A DNA stretch of 64,000 nt from positions 54,135-118,134 of the forward strand of contig JAPLVZ010000011.1 in NCBI GenBank assembly GCA_026396805.1, read 5' to 3'. The stretch's first letter is position 1. Each line of letters opens with the position of its first letter. The notes beneath the pieces are model-generated. The model had not been told where the DNA came from. It saw only the letters and a list, made by a program, of their open reading frames with translations, and did no database searches. Shown in pieces: positions 43,213-53,285 of this stretch. The translations under genes were made by a program, and so were the position numbers. The DNA comes from Candidatus Falkowbacteria bacterium (GTDB lineage Bacteria > Patescibacteriota > Patescibacteriia > Patescibacteriales > UBA12465).

Positions 43213-43887
43213 TCAATGCGGTTCGGTAAATAAGACACGTTTAGCGCCGGCGGTATAATCTTTATTAGCCAGGTAATCGTGTAAAGCCGTCATCAGCACC
43301 TCATAAGGATAACGATAACTTTCCCCCTCGTCCGTCCCCGGGTCATTAGTGATAAATTCACCGCTCGCATCGTCGTAACCGGTGATAACAATTACATGGT
43401 AGGCCGGACCGGGGCTCGTGTAGTTAGGGTTGCTCAACAAAGGCGCGTAAACCGGAGCGATAACCGGATGGTTGGCCGCCAGCTCACCCTTGATTGCGGT
43501 TAGATCGGGATTATCAACCACGCGCGCCTGCCAGTTTAAATCACCGCTGTTTATAATTTCCACAATCCGCTCGAGAGATTCATCTTTGGAGACCGGAGCG
43601 GTGGTTTTTTTTAATTTAAAAACAGCCAGAATCTGCTCACGGGCTTTTTCCGGAGTGAGCCCTTCGTCTTTGTAAAAATTCTGGATCATTACGATCGAAG
43701 CTTCTTCGCAAGCGTTCTGCCAAGGTTCTTGCCAATTGCCCCCCGGCGCCTGGCTGGTAAAAGGAACGACGATTTTTTTAGTTAGCGGTAATTCCGGTTT
43801 TAATTTAAATATCGCGGCGACAATCAAAAGGCCCAACAAAATTGCTGAACTACCAATAATAATCACTGTTTTTCTAGAAAAATGCAT
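43213..43887 (-). CDS. C39-like (Peptidase_C39_2 / YvpB-like) cysteine peptidase domain protein, membrane anchored
   Basis: Start moved to MHFSRK (43887) to avoid overlapping the murJ start. Has a TM anchor, VPFTSQAPGGNWQEPWQNACEEASIVM (Cys) and YHVIVITGYDDASGEFITNDPG (His). Confidence 0.7.
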   Translation of the reverse strand: MHFSRKTVIIIGSSAILLGLLIVAAIFKLKPELPLTKKIVVPFTSQAPGGNWQEPWQNACEEASIVMIQNFYKDEGLTPEKAREQILAVFKLKKTTAPVSKDESLERIVEIINSGDLNWQARVVDNPDLTAIKGELAANHPVIAPVYAPLLSNPNYTSPGPAYHVIVITGYDDASGEFITNDPGTDEGESYRYPYEVLMTALHDYLANKDYTAGAKRVLFTEPH

Positions 43888-43971
43888 ACTGTAATTTAAT
43901 TGTATCACAGCTGTTTTGTTTGTCAAAAATAGGTTATAATTTAGAATAATAAGCTGAAAAAATAAAAGTGT

Positions 43972-45330
43972 ATGAAGCAACGATTAGCAAAATTGATTCC
44001 GGCCGGCAGCCTAGTTTTGGGAATTACCATCTTAATCTCCTATCTGTTAGGCTTAGTCCGCGATCATTATTTCGCTCAAGTCTTTGGCGCGACTAGAGCC
44101 CTTGACGCTTATAACGCCGCTTTTTTAATTCCTGATCTATTGTTTAATATTCTAGTGGCGAGCGGGATTGCGGCGGCTTTTATCCCGATTTTGACCGAGC
44201 TTTTAAAACTTGACGTTAAACGGGCCAACAAATACGCCAACTCCGTTATTACCGCCGCCATTGGATCAATGATCATCACTTCGATAATCATTATTATTTT
44301 TGCCGACCCGATCAGCGCTCTGGTAGTCCCGGGATTTAATCCGGAGGATCGCGCTCTGGTGGCTAAAATTCTTCGCCTCTTATCTCTCTCACCCATATTT
44401 TTTGGAATCTCCAACGCCATCGGCGCCATGCTCGTAACTAAGCGGCGCTTTCTTTTTTATGGTCTGTCGCCGATTTTATATAATTTAGGAATAATCGGCG
44501 GAACAATTCTGCTCGCACCGCGTTTTGGAATTACGGGCGTAGCCCTAGGCACTGTCGGCGGCGCTCTTTTACATTTCGCCGTCAGATTTTGGGACGCGCG
44601 GCGGTCCGGTTTTATTTTCAGTTTGAACTGTTCTTTCAGGACCGCGGAGTTTAAACAAACTCTCAAATTAATGCTGCCGAAAATGCTTGGCCATCCGATT
44701 GAGCTCGCTACTTTTTGGGCGTTTACGGCTATTAGTTCCACTTTAGTCCCCGGTTCGGTGGCGGTTATGAGTTTCGCCAGAAATTTCGAGAGTGTTCCGG
44801 TCAGTTTAATCGGTATTACTATCGCCACCACCACTTTTCCGATTTTAGCGCTGGCGATTGTGGATCGTTCGATTGACCGTTTTCGCAAAATTTTAAAAAA
44901 TTCTTTTTTGTTGATATTTTTTACCAGTATCGCCGCCGCCCTGGTTACTTTTTGGATTAAAGAGCCTTTAGTGCGAATCGCTTTGGGGGGCGGAGCGTTT
45001 ACAACCAGTGATATCGCCAGAACCGCGGCGACCTTAGGAATGTTTACTCTGGCGATACCGACCGAAGCCTCCATCCAGCTTTTGGCGCGCGCTTTTTATG
45101 CCACAAAAAACACGATTATTCCGGTCGCGTTAAGTGTCGTGGGCTTTGTTATCGCCGTCGGCGGCGCCTATTTATTAGTTCCGCGCTATGATATTTTAGC
45201 TCTGCCTTTAGGATTTTTTATCGGCAGCGCCGTGGAATTAATTTTTCTGGCCGTTTTGATTTCTGCCAGGACGCGGCGATTGTTTAGTTCCGTTTCCAAA
45301 AATGAACAAAGTTGTTATGAGCGGTTTTAG
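43972..45330 (+). CDS. murJ: lipid II flippase MurJ (MviN)
   Basis: 452 aa, polytopic. LGLVRDHYFAQVFGATRALDAYNAAFLIPDLLFNIL is typical of the MurJ N-terminus. Confidence 0.88.
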   Translation: MKQRLAKLIPAGSLVLGITILISYLLGLVRDHYFAQVFGATRALDAYNAAFLIPDLLFNILVASGIAAAFIPILTELLKLDVKRANKYANSVITAAIGSMIITSIIIIIFADPISALVVPGFNPEDRALVAKILRLLSLSPIFFGISNAIGAMLVTKRRFLFYGLSPILYNLGIIGGTILLAPRFGITGVALGTVGGALLHFAVRFWDARRSGFIFSLNCSFRTAEFKQTLKLMLPKMLGHPIELATFWAFTAISSTLVPGSVAVMSFARNFESVPVSLIGITIATTTFPILALAIVDRSIDRFRKILKNSFLLIFFTSIAAALVTFWIKEPLVRIALGGGAFTTSDIARTAATLGMFTLAIPTEASIQLLARAFYATKNTIIPVALSVVGFVIAVGGAYLLVPRYDILALPLGFFIGSAVELIFLAVLISARTRRLFSSVSKNEQSCYERF

Positions 45331-46187
45331 TTCGGATAAACGACGATAATGGCTTTACGGCCGGTGGGAATATCTTTTTCTAACCCGATATCATTTAATT
45401 CGCCGCCGCCATAGGGCGCGTCATGAATGGCGTCATATAAAACATTCGCGTCGTAAACATAATTATTACCTCTCTTTGTACCGACATCATTAGTAATAAA
45501 ATCACCGTCTTTAGTCAGGCCTTTGATCACGAGCATGTGATAAATCGGTCCGGGTTGGCGATAATACGGGTTACCGATCAGGCGGCCGGCTAAGGGGACG
45601 ATAACGGGTCGTCCGGCCATTATTTGCGCTTTAATGTCGGCCAGCGAAATATCATAATTAACATCCACCCGTTTATAATTAAAATATTCTTTTAGAATTC
45701 GTCCGGTTTCTTTGGCTGTGGTGTGTTCATAATAGCCGAAGGTTTTATTTTCCCAATCTACTATTTTAAGAATTTCTTGTTTAACTATTTCCGGAGTCAG
45801 CTCGGCGCCGGTGTAAAAGCGGTCGACTAAAAGAGCTGAAGCCTCTTCGCAGGCTTCCGCGTACGGCAAACTCCAATCTCCATAAGGCGCTTGAGCCGAA
45901 AAGGGTACCGCTAAGTTGAGGCCGGCAAATTTATTGGCGGCGGCGGTCGGGGACGGCGTGGCTACATTAACGGACGGCGTGGCTACATTAACGGACGGCG
46001 TGGCCGCGTTAACGGACGGCGTGGCCGCATCTTTAACGGTCACATCTTTAACTTCGGTTGGTAATTGCCGTTTCTCTAATTCTAAAGTAACGTCGCGAAT
46101 ATTACCGCGAAGAAAAAAAGCGGAAATTCCGATAATTAGTAAAACCCCGACGGCTATTAGTATTTTTTTCATACTTTTATTATACAA
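45327..46187 (-). CDS. C39-like cysteine peptidase domain protein (paralog of 43213-43887)
   Basis: 286 aa. TM anchor, ATPSVN repeats, VPFSAQAPYGDWSLPYAEACEEASALL and YHMLVIKGLTKDGDFITNDVG. Confidence 0.7.
   Translation of the reverse strand: MYNKSMKKILIAVGVLLIIGISAFFLRGNIRDVTLELEKRQLPTEVKDVTVKDAATPSVNAATPSVNVATPSVNVATPSPTAAANKFAGLNLAVPFSAQAPYGDWSLPYAEACEEASALLVDRFYTGAELTPEIVKQEILKIVDWENKTFGYYEHTTAKETGRILKEYFNYKRVDVNYDISLADIKAQIMAGRPVIVPLAGRLIGNPYYRQPGPIYHMLVIKGLTKDGDFITNDVGTKRGNNYVYDANVLYDAIHDAPYGGGELNDIGLEKDIPTGRKAIIVVYPN
45951..46037. repeat. 21-bp in-frame tandem repeat (about 4 copies)
   Basis: GGACGGCGTGGCTACATTAAC appears twice, then 2 diverged copies. Encodes (A/V)ATPSVN. Confidence 0.85.
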
Positions 46188-46304
46188 ATTTATTCAATAT
46201 TAGGCAATACTTACGGCTCGGACATTGGCCGTCCCTCTAAGGGAGCCAAAAAAATTCCTCGTCATTTGACGGGGAATTTTTCTTTTATTTAGGCTGTTTA
46301 ATTT

Positions 46305-46553
46305 TTAATTCCGCAGAGCTTTAACAATCCAAATAAGGACTACCGCTCCAAGCAACGCCACCAGAAAGCTGTACAAATTAAAACCACCCACCCCGCTCTT
46401 TCCGATTAAACTCATTATCCAGCCGCCGAGCACCGCGCCGATGATACCAACTATAATGTTTAGCACAAAGCCTTGCTGGGCATTGGTTTTCATAATCATC
46501 GAAGCAATCCAGCCGACCAAGCCTCCGAAAATTATCCACAGAATGATTCCCAT
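46305..46553 (-). CDS. GlsB/YeaQ/YmgE (transglycosylase-associated) family membrane protein
   Basis: 82 aa. MGIILWIIFGGLVGWIASMIM...GAVLGGW pattern. Confidence 0.85.
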   Translation of the reverse strand: MGIILWIIFGGLVGWIASMIMKTNAQQGFVLNIIVGIIGAVLGGWIMSLIGKSGVGGFNLYSFLVALLGAVVLIWIVKALRN

Positions 46554-46614
46554 AAATTTTGTTTTAATTAATAAAAATAAGCACTTATCAGAATGACTTT
46601 TATCAGAATGATTT

Positions 46615-46971
46615 TTACTTATCCTCTTCGTCTAACTTAGCCGCCGCTTCCGGCGTCGACACTGTTTTGCTCATAAAAAATATCTTAACAATGCCCCAAG
46701 CAATCAATAAGTAGACTAACATCGCTAAAAGCGTAGTCCACTCGAAAACACTGCCTTCGACCTTGGTAGCCCGGAAGACGTTAAGAAACGGAGTGGCAAA
46801 AGGATAACTGACCGTGTAAATAAAATTACTGAAACCGGCGGAAGCATTAGCCGCGAGCAGCTTTAAGATAAAACGAAAAGCTAATAACACCTCGAGCAGA
46901 CCAATAATATACCAGACAATTTGCGTACCGCGATAAAGCGGCTTGGTTGAGGGAGAATTATACGAATCCAT
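46615..46971 (-). CDS. YggT family membrane protein
   Basis: 118 aa. LLEVLLAFRFILKLL...PFLNVFR pattern. Confidence 0.75.
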   Translation of the reverse strand: MDSYNSPSTKPLYRGTQIVWYIIGLLEVLLAFRFILKLLAANASAGFSNFIYTVSYPFATPFLNVFRATKVEGSVFEWTTLLAMLVYLLIAWGIVKIFFMSKTVSTPEAAAKLDEEDK

Positions 46972-47066
46972 ATATTTTTAGATTGATTAATTTTTTAGAC
47001 TTAACACGTGGTTACGACCATGACCGCGCGTTTATTAATTATGATTTAATTCTAATACTTAAATTA

Positions 47067-48128
47067 TCAGTTGCTCACCGGGTTGCCGATTTTATAGTTG
47101 GTGAAAAAAGTGTCAGGAATATCGGCGACGTTTTTTGCCCATAAGGCTCCGTAATATTTCGTGGCGATAGCCGGATTTATCATCAAGCGAAGCGTGCCGT
47201 TACGATCAACAGCATAGACCTTGGAGTCGGTTTGGATTTTTACTAATTTGACGCCCGGGCGATAAGTAACATTTCCGCCCAAGAGGATTTTACTCAAATC
47301 TTCAGGCGCGATTATCTTAACAGTGGAAAAATCTTTATACCAAGTGGCGTAAGTTTGGGCGTTCGGGAAGACGTAGCGCTTGCCGTCTGAACCGCAATAA
47401 TAGACCGAGGAAATCGAAGGAGTGCGTATCAGTGAACCGGGCGCGCAATAAACCGTCGCTCCCGGAGTCACAACCAATCCTTTATCGGAATTAATAGTCG
47501 GGCTGGCGGCCTTGGCGGCGGCGACATCATAAGCGGAGATTTTCAGGGCGGCGTTTAAATATGGATACGGATCAATAGCGCTATCATCCGGCAAACGAAT
47601 TTCAAAATGGAGATGCGAGACGGTCGCCTCGGCGTTCCCGGAATCGCCGACCCAGGCGATATGCTGGCCTTGAATAACCTGTACGCCCCTTTCAATACCC
47701 GGCGCGTAGGCGTACTGCAATCCGCCGTTACCGTCATCCGTCCCCGGCGTGTCGTTATTGATGTGAAGATAATTGTACTTGTAGCCGTCGTCGCCGGCAA
47801 TCGAAAGCATATAGCCGTAACTCGGTTCAGTCAGCGACGCGGAAACTATCCTCCCGCCCCGGGCGGCCACAATGAGCGTCATCTTTGGCGCTATCAGATC
47901 ATTGCCTTCATGGATGCGGCCGCCGCTGCGCCCATCGCCGAAATCATCGGTAAAGCTCGCTCCTCCCTGAACGGGAAAAACAATGTCGGGCGGCCCGGAT
48001 GGTGTGATGGTCAAAGACTCGTACCAATCGTTATGCCAGCCGTTATCAGAATAGACCTGCGCACTCGCTAGAGATGGCGCTAACAGAGTCGCGACGATTA
48101 GCACCGATAGGGCGAGGCGGCTGTTCAT
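47067..48128 (-). CDS. M23 family metallopeptidase with C-terminal ~120-aa module shared with the S-layer-like protein
   Basis: 353 aa. Signal peptide; HEGNDLIAP (HxxxD) and GDSGNAEATVSHLHFEI (HxH). The C-terminus SVYYCGSDGKRYVFP..LGGNVTYRPGVKLVKIQTDSKVYAV..FFTNY is the shared module. Confidence 0.88.
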   Translation of the reverse strand: MNSRLALSVLIVATLLAPSLASAQVYSDNGWHNDWYESLTITPSGPPDIVFPVQGGASFTDDFGDGRSGGRIHEGNDLIAPKMTLIVAARGGRIVSASLTEPSYGYMLSIAGDDGYKYNYLHINNDTPGTDDGNGGLQYAYAPGIERGVQVIQGQHIAWVGDSGNAEATVSHLHFEIRLPDDSAIDPYPYLNAALKISAYDVAAAKAASPTINSDKGLVVTPGATVYCAPGSLIRTPSISSVYYCGSDGKRYVFPNAQTYATWYKDFSTVKIIAPEDLSKILLGGNVTYRPGVKLVKIQTDSKVYAVDRNGTLRLMINPAIATKYYGALWAKNVADIPDTFFTNYKIGNPVSN

Positions 48129-48206
48129 ATTTTATTAATCATACCATTTTCTCGGAAAATTTGACAAGTTCTTGAATTATTTTTTAAACCATGTTATCAT
48201 AATTAT

Positions 48207-48340
48207 ATGGTTTCAAATAAATTCCAAACAGCAAGTCAGAATTGGCGGACTGCCTATAATATTGGGTAGCTGGTTTTTTGTTTAAAATTTATTTTTTAAA
48301 ACTACCCGATATATGATTTATTGGGTAGTTTTTATTTATT
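48207..48340 (+). promoter_or_regulatory. transcription attenuator candidate: 20-codon mini-ORF with one Trp codon + mutually exclusive antiterminator/terminator hairpins
   Basis: - Mini-ORF MVSNKFQTASQNWRTAYNIG* spans 48207-48269, with TGG at 48243-48245.
- GGGTAG (48264-48269) or GGGTAGTTTT (48323-48332) can pair with AAAACTACCC (48298-48307).
- The second hairpin is followed by TATTTATT. Confidence 0.5.
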
Positions 48341-48442
48341 AAAGCTTTATCTTATGTATTATTATTTTCACAATCGATCCACCCAGCCTTGGCGACTCGG
48401 TTTGGCGCGCTGATTTATTTATTAATTATAAATTTAAATTAT

Positions 48443-49642
48443 ATGAAAAATTCCTTAAAATTATCACCCGATCAGACCGGTTATTTCGGCGAATACGGCG
48501 GACAAATTATCCCGCCGGCCTTAAAGCCGATTTTCGATGAGATTGCCGTGGCCTATAAAAACGCTCAAGCCGATCCTAATTTCCGAGCCGAATATGAGAG
48601 CCTGCTGAAAAATTATGTGGGCCGACCGTCGCCCCTATATTACGCCCGTAACTTGTCGGAGAAATTAGGGGGCGCGAAAATCTATTTCAAGCGCGAAGAT
48701 TTAAACCATACCGGGGCGCATAAAATCAATCATACTTTAGGCGAGGCCTTACTGGCTAAAAGGATGGGCAAGACTAAACTGCTCGCGGAAACCGGCGCCG
48801 GTCAGCACGGCGTCGCTTTGGCGACAGCCGCGGCCTTGGTCGGTCTGGCCTGTGAAATTCATATGGGCGAGATTGATATTGTCAAACAGCATCCCAATGT
48901 TATCCGCATGCAACTGCTGGGAGCGAAAGTAGTGACTGTAAAATCCGGCGGCCGCTGCTTGAAAGACGCGGTTGATAGCGCTTTTGAGGCTTTCGTCAAA
49001 GATCCGCAGAATATCTTTTTCGGCATCGGCTCGGTTGTCGGCCCGCATCCCTTTCCGATGATGGTCAGAGATTTCCAATCCATAGTCGGCAAAGAAACCC
49101 GGGTTCAAATCTTAGAACAAGCCGGCCGACTGCCCGATTATCTGGTTGCCTGTGTCGGCGGCGGTTCCAACGCCATCGGTTTATTCCATGAGTTTTTAGA
49201 CGACCGGGACGTAAAAATGATCGGGGTTGAACCGAGCGGCAGAAGTTTTAAGCCGGGCGACCACGCCGCGACTTTAACTTTAGGAAGACCGGGCAATATT
49301 CATGGAATGTTCACTTACCTGTTGCAGGATGATAAAGGCCAGCCATTACCGGTCCATTCTATCGCTTCGGGCTTGGACTATCCCGGCGTCGGACCGGTTC
49401 ACTCGGATTTAAAAGATAAGGGCCGAGTAACTTATGAGACTATTAATGATGCCGAGGCACTGGAAGCTTTTCAGGTTTTGACTAAAATTGAAGGAATAAT
49501 TCCGGCGCTGGAAAGTTCTCATGCCGTGGCCCAGGCCATCAAACTCGCGCCCAAGCTAAACTCCGATAAAATTATCATCGTCAATTTATCCGGTCGGGGA
49601 GACAAGGATGTTGATTATGTGGCGGAGAGATTGAAGTTATAA
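48443..49642 (+). CDS. trpB: tryptophan synthase beta chain (stand-alone)
   Basis: Start set at MKNSLKL (48443). [27 protein letters not shown] (PLP lysine), GGGSNAIG. Confidence 0.92.
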   Translation: MKNSLKLSPDQTGYFGEYGGQIIPPALKPIFDEIAVAYKNAQADPNFRAEYESLLKNYVGRPSPLYYARNLSEKLGGAKIYFKREDLNHTGAHKINHTLGEALLAKRMGKTKLLAETGAGQHGVALATAAALVGLACEIHMGEIDIVKQHPNVIRMQLLGAKVVTVKSGGRCLKDAVDSAFEAFVKDPQNIFFGIGSVVGPHPFPMMVRDFQSIVGKETRVQILEQAGRLPDYLVACVGGGSNAIGLFHEFLDDRDVKMIGVEPSGRSFKPGDHAATLTLGRPGNIHGMFTYLLQDDKGQPLPVHSIASGLDYPGVGPVHSDLKDKGRVTYETINDAEALEAFQVLTKIEGIIPALESSHAVAQAIKLAPKLNSDKIIIVNLSGRGDKDVDYVAERLKL

Positions 49643-49656
49643 ACGCTTTTCCCTCT

Positions 49657-50913
49657 TTAATAATCCCTTAACTTTTCCAGCCCCTTGAACTTCCGAATCT
49701 TCTCTAGAGATTTAGATTCTATCTGGCGGATGCGTTCGCGCGTAACCTCAAACTCCCGTCCCACTTCTTCCAGAGTATGGGCCACTCCGTCAATCAGCCC
49801 GAAACGCATCTCTAAAATCTTCTGTTCGCGCGGCGAGAGCTGAGCGACGATATTTTTCACGTAATCTTTTAATAATTGCAAAGCGGCCGCCCGATCCGGC
49901 GTCACATTCTTTATGTCTTCGATAAAATCTTCCAGAGTCGAATCCTCGTCGTCATCGCCGATAGTCGTTTCCAAAGAAATCGTATCCTGGGAAATTTTCA
50001 TGATGTATCGCACCTTCTCTATATCTTCTCCCATTTCCGAAGCGATTTCATCGGCCAAGGGTTCGCGGCCCAGTTCTTGAATCAGATTGCGCTGGACCTG
50101 CTGGAATTTATTGATGGTTTCCACCATATGAACCGGAATCCGGATGGTTCGGGACTGATCGGCTAAAGCGCGGGTAATCGCCTGGCGGATCCACCAGGTC
50201 GCGTAAGTGGAAAACTTATAACCCTTGCGATATTCGAATTTTTCCACGGCGCGGAATAAGCCGATATTCCCTTCTTGGATAAGATCCAATAAGCTCATGC
50301 CTTTGGCGCCGGCAAACTTCTTGGCGATAGAAACGACGAGGCGCAAATTCGCTTCAATAATCCTCTTTTCCGCTTCTTTATCGCCTTTCTCTTTCCGCTT
50401 CGCCAGTTCCACTTCTTCGTCGCCGCTTAGCAAGGCGACCTTGCCGATTTCTTTCAAATACATTTGGATGGAATCGGCGCTTAATTTTGATAAATCAATA
50501 TTTAAGGCGTTCTGATGCGCCAGGGCTTTTCCGGTTAACGGCGGTTCCTGGGCTTTCTTCTCGACGGTATCTAAAATGCGACCGGAATCTTCCATAATTC
50601 TGACTCCGCTTTTCTGAAGGTCGCCCAAAAAGACATCATACTCATAAACATACTCTTCCACTTCCGGAAAAAGATATAATAATTCGGTTTCCGTGATAAA
50701 ACCGCGCAGCCGCCCCTTCTCAATCAGTTTTTTCAACTGCTCTTCGGTCGGTTTGACGACCGGTTTTGGTTCCCTTTTAGGCGCACCGGAAGCGTTTTTT
50801 TTCGAAGCCGCTTTCCCGGCCGTTCTGAATTTCGACTTAACCGTTGATTTGGGCGCTGATTTCGATGTTGTTTTTTTAGTTTTTAGCTTGGTATTTTTTA
50901 CCATATGTGACAA
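49657..50913 (-). CDS. rpoD: primary RNA polymerase sigma factor RpoD
   Basis: 418 aa. [68 protein letters not shown]. Confidence 0.94.
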   Translation of the reverse strand: MSHMVKNTKLKTKKTTSKSAPKSTVKSKFRTAGKAASKKNASGAPKREPKPVVKPTEEQLKKLIEKGRLRGFITETELLYLFPEVEEYVYEYDVFLGDLQKSGVRIMEDSGRILDTVEKKAQEPPLTGKALAHQNALNIDLSKLSADSIQMYLKEIGKVALLSGDEEVELAKRKEKGDKEAEKRIIEANLRLVVSIAKKFAGAKGMSLLDLIQEGNIGLFRAVEKFEYRKGYKFSTYATWWIRQAITRALADQSRTIRIPVHMVETINKFQQVQRNLIQELGREPLADEIASEMGEDIEKVRYIMKISQDTISLETTIGDDDEDSTLEDFIEDIKNVTPDRAAALQLLKDYVKNIVAQLSPREQKILEMRFGLIDGVAHTLEEVGREFEVTRERIRQIESKSLEKIRKFKGLEKLRDY

Positions 50914-50972
50914 AATGGTTATTTTTTTTAGCCAGCGGCTATTTATAAAGCAGTTATTTATGAAATAATTAT

Positions 50973-52814
50973 TTATGAAGCGGTTATTTTTCTTAATTCA
51001 TCCATCAAGACGTTGAGCCGCTCGTTGTCGCCGGCAGATTCGGCGGCGGCGATTTCGCGCTGGAGACTATGCACTTGCCGCTGACGGCTATATTTCTTAA
51101 GTTCAACGATGATATTAATTATTTCGGCTTTAACAGACTCGACGCCATAATCATAAAAATCTTTTTCTCCCAGCAGCACGAGTTTATCCAAAGTTTTTTC
51201 CGAACCGCCTCCGTCTTCAGTCAAATAGGCGCGAAAACTTTCATAATTCAAAGAGGCAGATTTATTATAATAGATAATTAAATCTCTGTAAAACTTAGCC
51301 AAAGCTTCGTTGTTTAAGATATCAGGGTCAAGATTGTCGACACTATAGGAAATAAACTCCGGAAATTTAATAAGTAAGGACATTAAAAGCTCGACCAATT
51401 TATCATCGCGACTCATCTCGGGCGCCAAGAACTCTTTTTTAGCCTCATTTTTGTCAGGCTTGGTGTTTCTGACGCCTCCGGCTTTTAAGACGCCGTGTTT
51501 TGATTGCCACTTCACAAATTCTTCGCGGGTATCAGTCTCGGAAAACCCGAGCTCCTCGCTTATTTTTTTCAGCCAATGCCCCTGTTCCATCTTACTGACA
51601 ACCAAATCTATCATCGCGAACATTTTTAAACTCACCGCGCGCTTATTGTCGAGGATGTTTAAATCCAGGCCGGCGCTCACTTTCTCAAAATAATATTCCA
51701 GCATCGGCTTAGCGCTCGCGACCGCAGTTTTGAATTCTTCGGGATTATTTTTCAAACATTCATCGGGGTCCTTACCCGAACTTAAAACGATTATTTTCAG
51801 ATTCATTTCTTGAGCCAACGCTTCCTTGATTCCCCGGTCGGCGGCCATTTGACCGGCGGCATCCATATCAAAGAGCAAAGCGACATTAGGCGTAAATCTT
51901 TTTATTAAAGCGACCTGCTCGGATGTTAAGGCGGTTCCCGACGACGCGACTACGTTCTTAAAGCCGTGATTATGGCAAGAAATGGCGTCCATTTGGCCCT
52001 CCACGACGATTGCCAGATCATCAGCCCTAATCGCGCTCTTGGCCTTATTTAGGGCAAATAAAACCCGGCTTTTATCATAAACCTTGGTCTGCGGGCTATT
52101 GATATACTTCCCCATTTTTTCGGTCTTTTCTTTATTCGGGTTAACTCGAGCCGTGAAAGCGATTAAGTTATCATTGACGTCAAAAATCGGAAACATTATC
52201 CGATCGCGAAAACGGTCGTAATAGCCGCTCCGCCGTCCGGCGGACGCCGCCACCGGCTCTTTCTTGATAGTCAGGCCGGCCAAAAATATTTCTTCATCCG
52301 TATATTTTTTCCCGGTTAAAGGTCGAGCTTTTAAGAAATCATATAAGCCGCTCCAGGAATCAAGACTATAGCCCAGATGCCAATCGGAAATATTTTCGTC
52401 GCTTAAACCGCGCTTCAATAAGTATTCGCGCGCGACCAGACCGGTCGGCGTCGTCAAAATATGAGCATAATATTTTCCGGCTAATTCCAAAATATCTAAG
52501 ATCCGGTTGCGCTCGGAATAGTCCTGCTGATTTTCATATTGCAAAATCACGCCGGCTTTCGGAGCGAGTAAACGCAGAGTTTCCATGAATCCCAGTCCTT
52601 CCTTTTCCATAATGAAAGAGAAAACGTCGCCGCCGCGGCCGCAGCCGAAGCAATGCCAAATCTGTTTTTCCGGAGAAATGACAAAAGACGGGGACTTCTC
52701 GTTATGAAACGGACAGAGCGCTTGAAAATTAGCGCCGACCGTCTTAACGGTAATATATTCCCTGATGACCTCCACGATATCCAGTTTTGATTTTATTTCT
52801 TCCGCCTGGTTCAT
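50973..52814 (-). CDS. dnaG: DNA primase DnaG
   Basis: 613 aa. Zinc ribbon [34 protein letters not shown] and TOPRIM VVEGQMD. Confidence 0.93.
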   Translation of the reverse strand: MNQAEEIKSKLDIVEVIREYITVKTVGANFQALCPFHNEKSPSFVISPEKQIWHCFGCGRGGDVFSFIMEKEGLGFMETLRLLAPKAGVILQYENQQDYSERNRILDILELAGKYYAHILTTPTGLVAREYLLKRGLSDENISDWHLGYSLDSWSGLYDFLKARPLTGKKYTDEEIFLAGLTIKKEPVAASAGRRSGYYDRFRDRIMFPIFDVNDNLIAFTARVNPNKEKTEKMGKYINSPQTKVYDKSRVLFALNKAKSAIRADDLAIVVEGQMDAISCHNHGFKNVVASSGTALTSEQVALIKRFTPNVALLFDMDAAGQMAADRGIKEALAQEMNLKIIVLSSGKDPDECLKNNPEEFKTAVASAKPMLEYYFEKVSAGLDLNILDNKRAVSLKMFAMIDLVVSKMEQGHWLKKISEELGFSETDTREEFVKWQSKHGVLKAGGVRNTKPDKNEAKKEFLAPEMSRDDKLVELLMSLLIKFPEFISYSVDNLDPDILNNEALAKFYRDLIIYYNKSASLNYESFRAYLTEDGGGSEKTLDKLVLLGEKDFYDYGVESVKAEIINIIVELKKYSRQRQVHSLQREIAAAESAGDNERLNVLMDELRKITAS

Positions 52815-52898
52815 ATAAAATCATTTTCTATTAAAATCAGCTTTTATTTTTGTCGTTTGCTCTTATTAAAATCGCCGGCTCTATTTAAATTGTTTCGG

Positions 52899-53228
52899 TT
52901 AAACGAATAAATCCGTTGACAAGAAAGTTTTCAGCCGTTCCATCTCCGTTTCCACAACTTCCCCATCATATTCGGCGTTATGGCGGTTGAAGCCTTGATA
53001 GCCCGGACGCTTCTGGTCTAAATGTAAATTAAAGGTAATTATTTCCCGCCCGTCCTTATCCCGACTCTCCGTAAAATAAATATGAAAACGCGGGTAAAAA
53101 TCCCGGCTCAAGCGGCGCGCGAAACTGGCCTGCCCGTCCTCGCGTTCGGGAATGAAAGCGTAGCCGGCCCGGCGCAACCAAATGGCCGGCGCGCCTCCTA
53201 ATTGTTTAGCACTAGCAAGCAATTTCAT
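52899..53228 (-). CDS. hypothetical protein
   Basis: 109-aa ORF with no recognisable motif. Confidence 0.5.
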   Translation of the reverse strand: MKLLASAKQLGGAPAIWLRRAGYAFIPEREDGQASFARRLSRDFYPRFHIYFTESRDKDGREIITFNLHLDQKRPGYQGFNRHNAEYDGEVVETEMERLKTFLSTDLFV

Positions 53229-53285
53229 TTTTAAATAAAAAATTATTTAACGACCGATTACTCGAATTTATTTTATCCGGATTTA

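Noticed and set aside
43888-43980. Upstream extension of the C39-like ORF (MLHTLLFFQLIILNYN...)
   Set aside because: It would overlap the divergent murJ start and its promoter region. The internal MHFSRK start gives a normal N-terminal anchor, like its paralog.
48389-48442. trpB start at 48389 ([18 protein letters not shown])
   Set aside because: The extension is not TrpB-like and uses a non-ATG start. ATG 48443 gives [20 protein letters not shown], aligned with TrpB N-termini.
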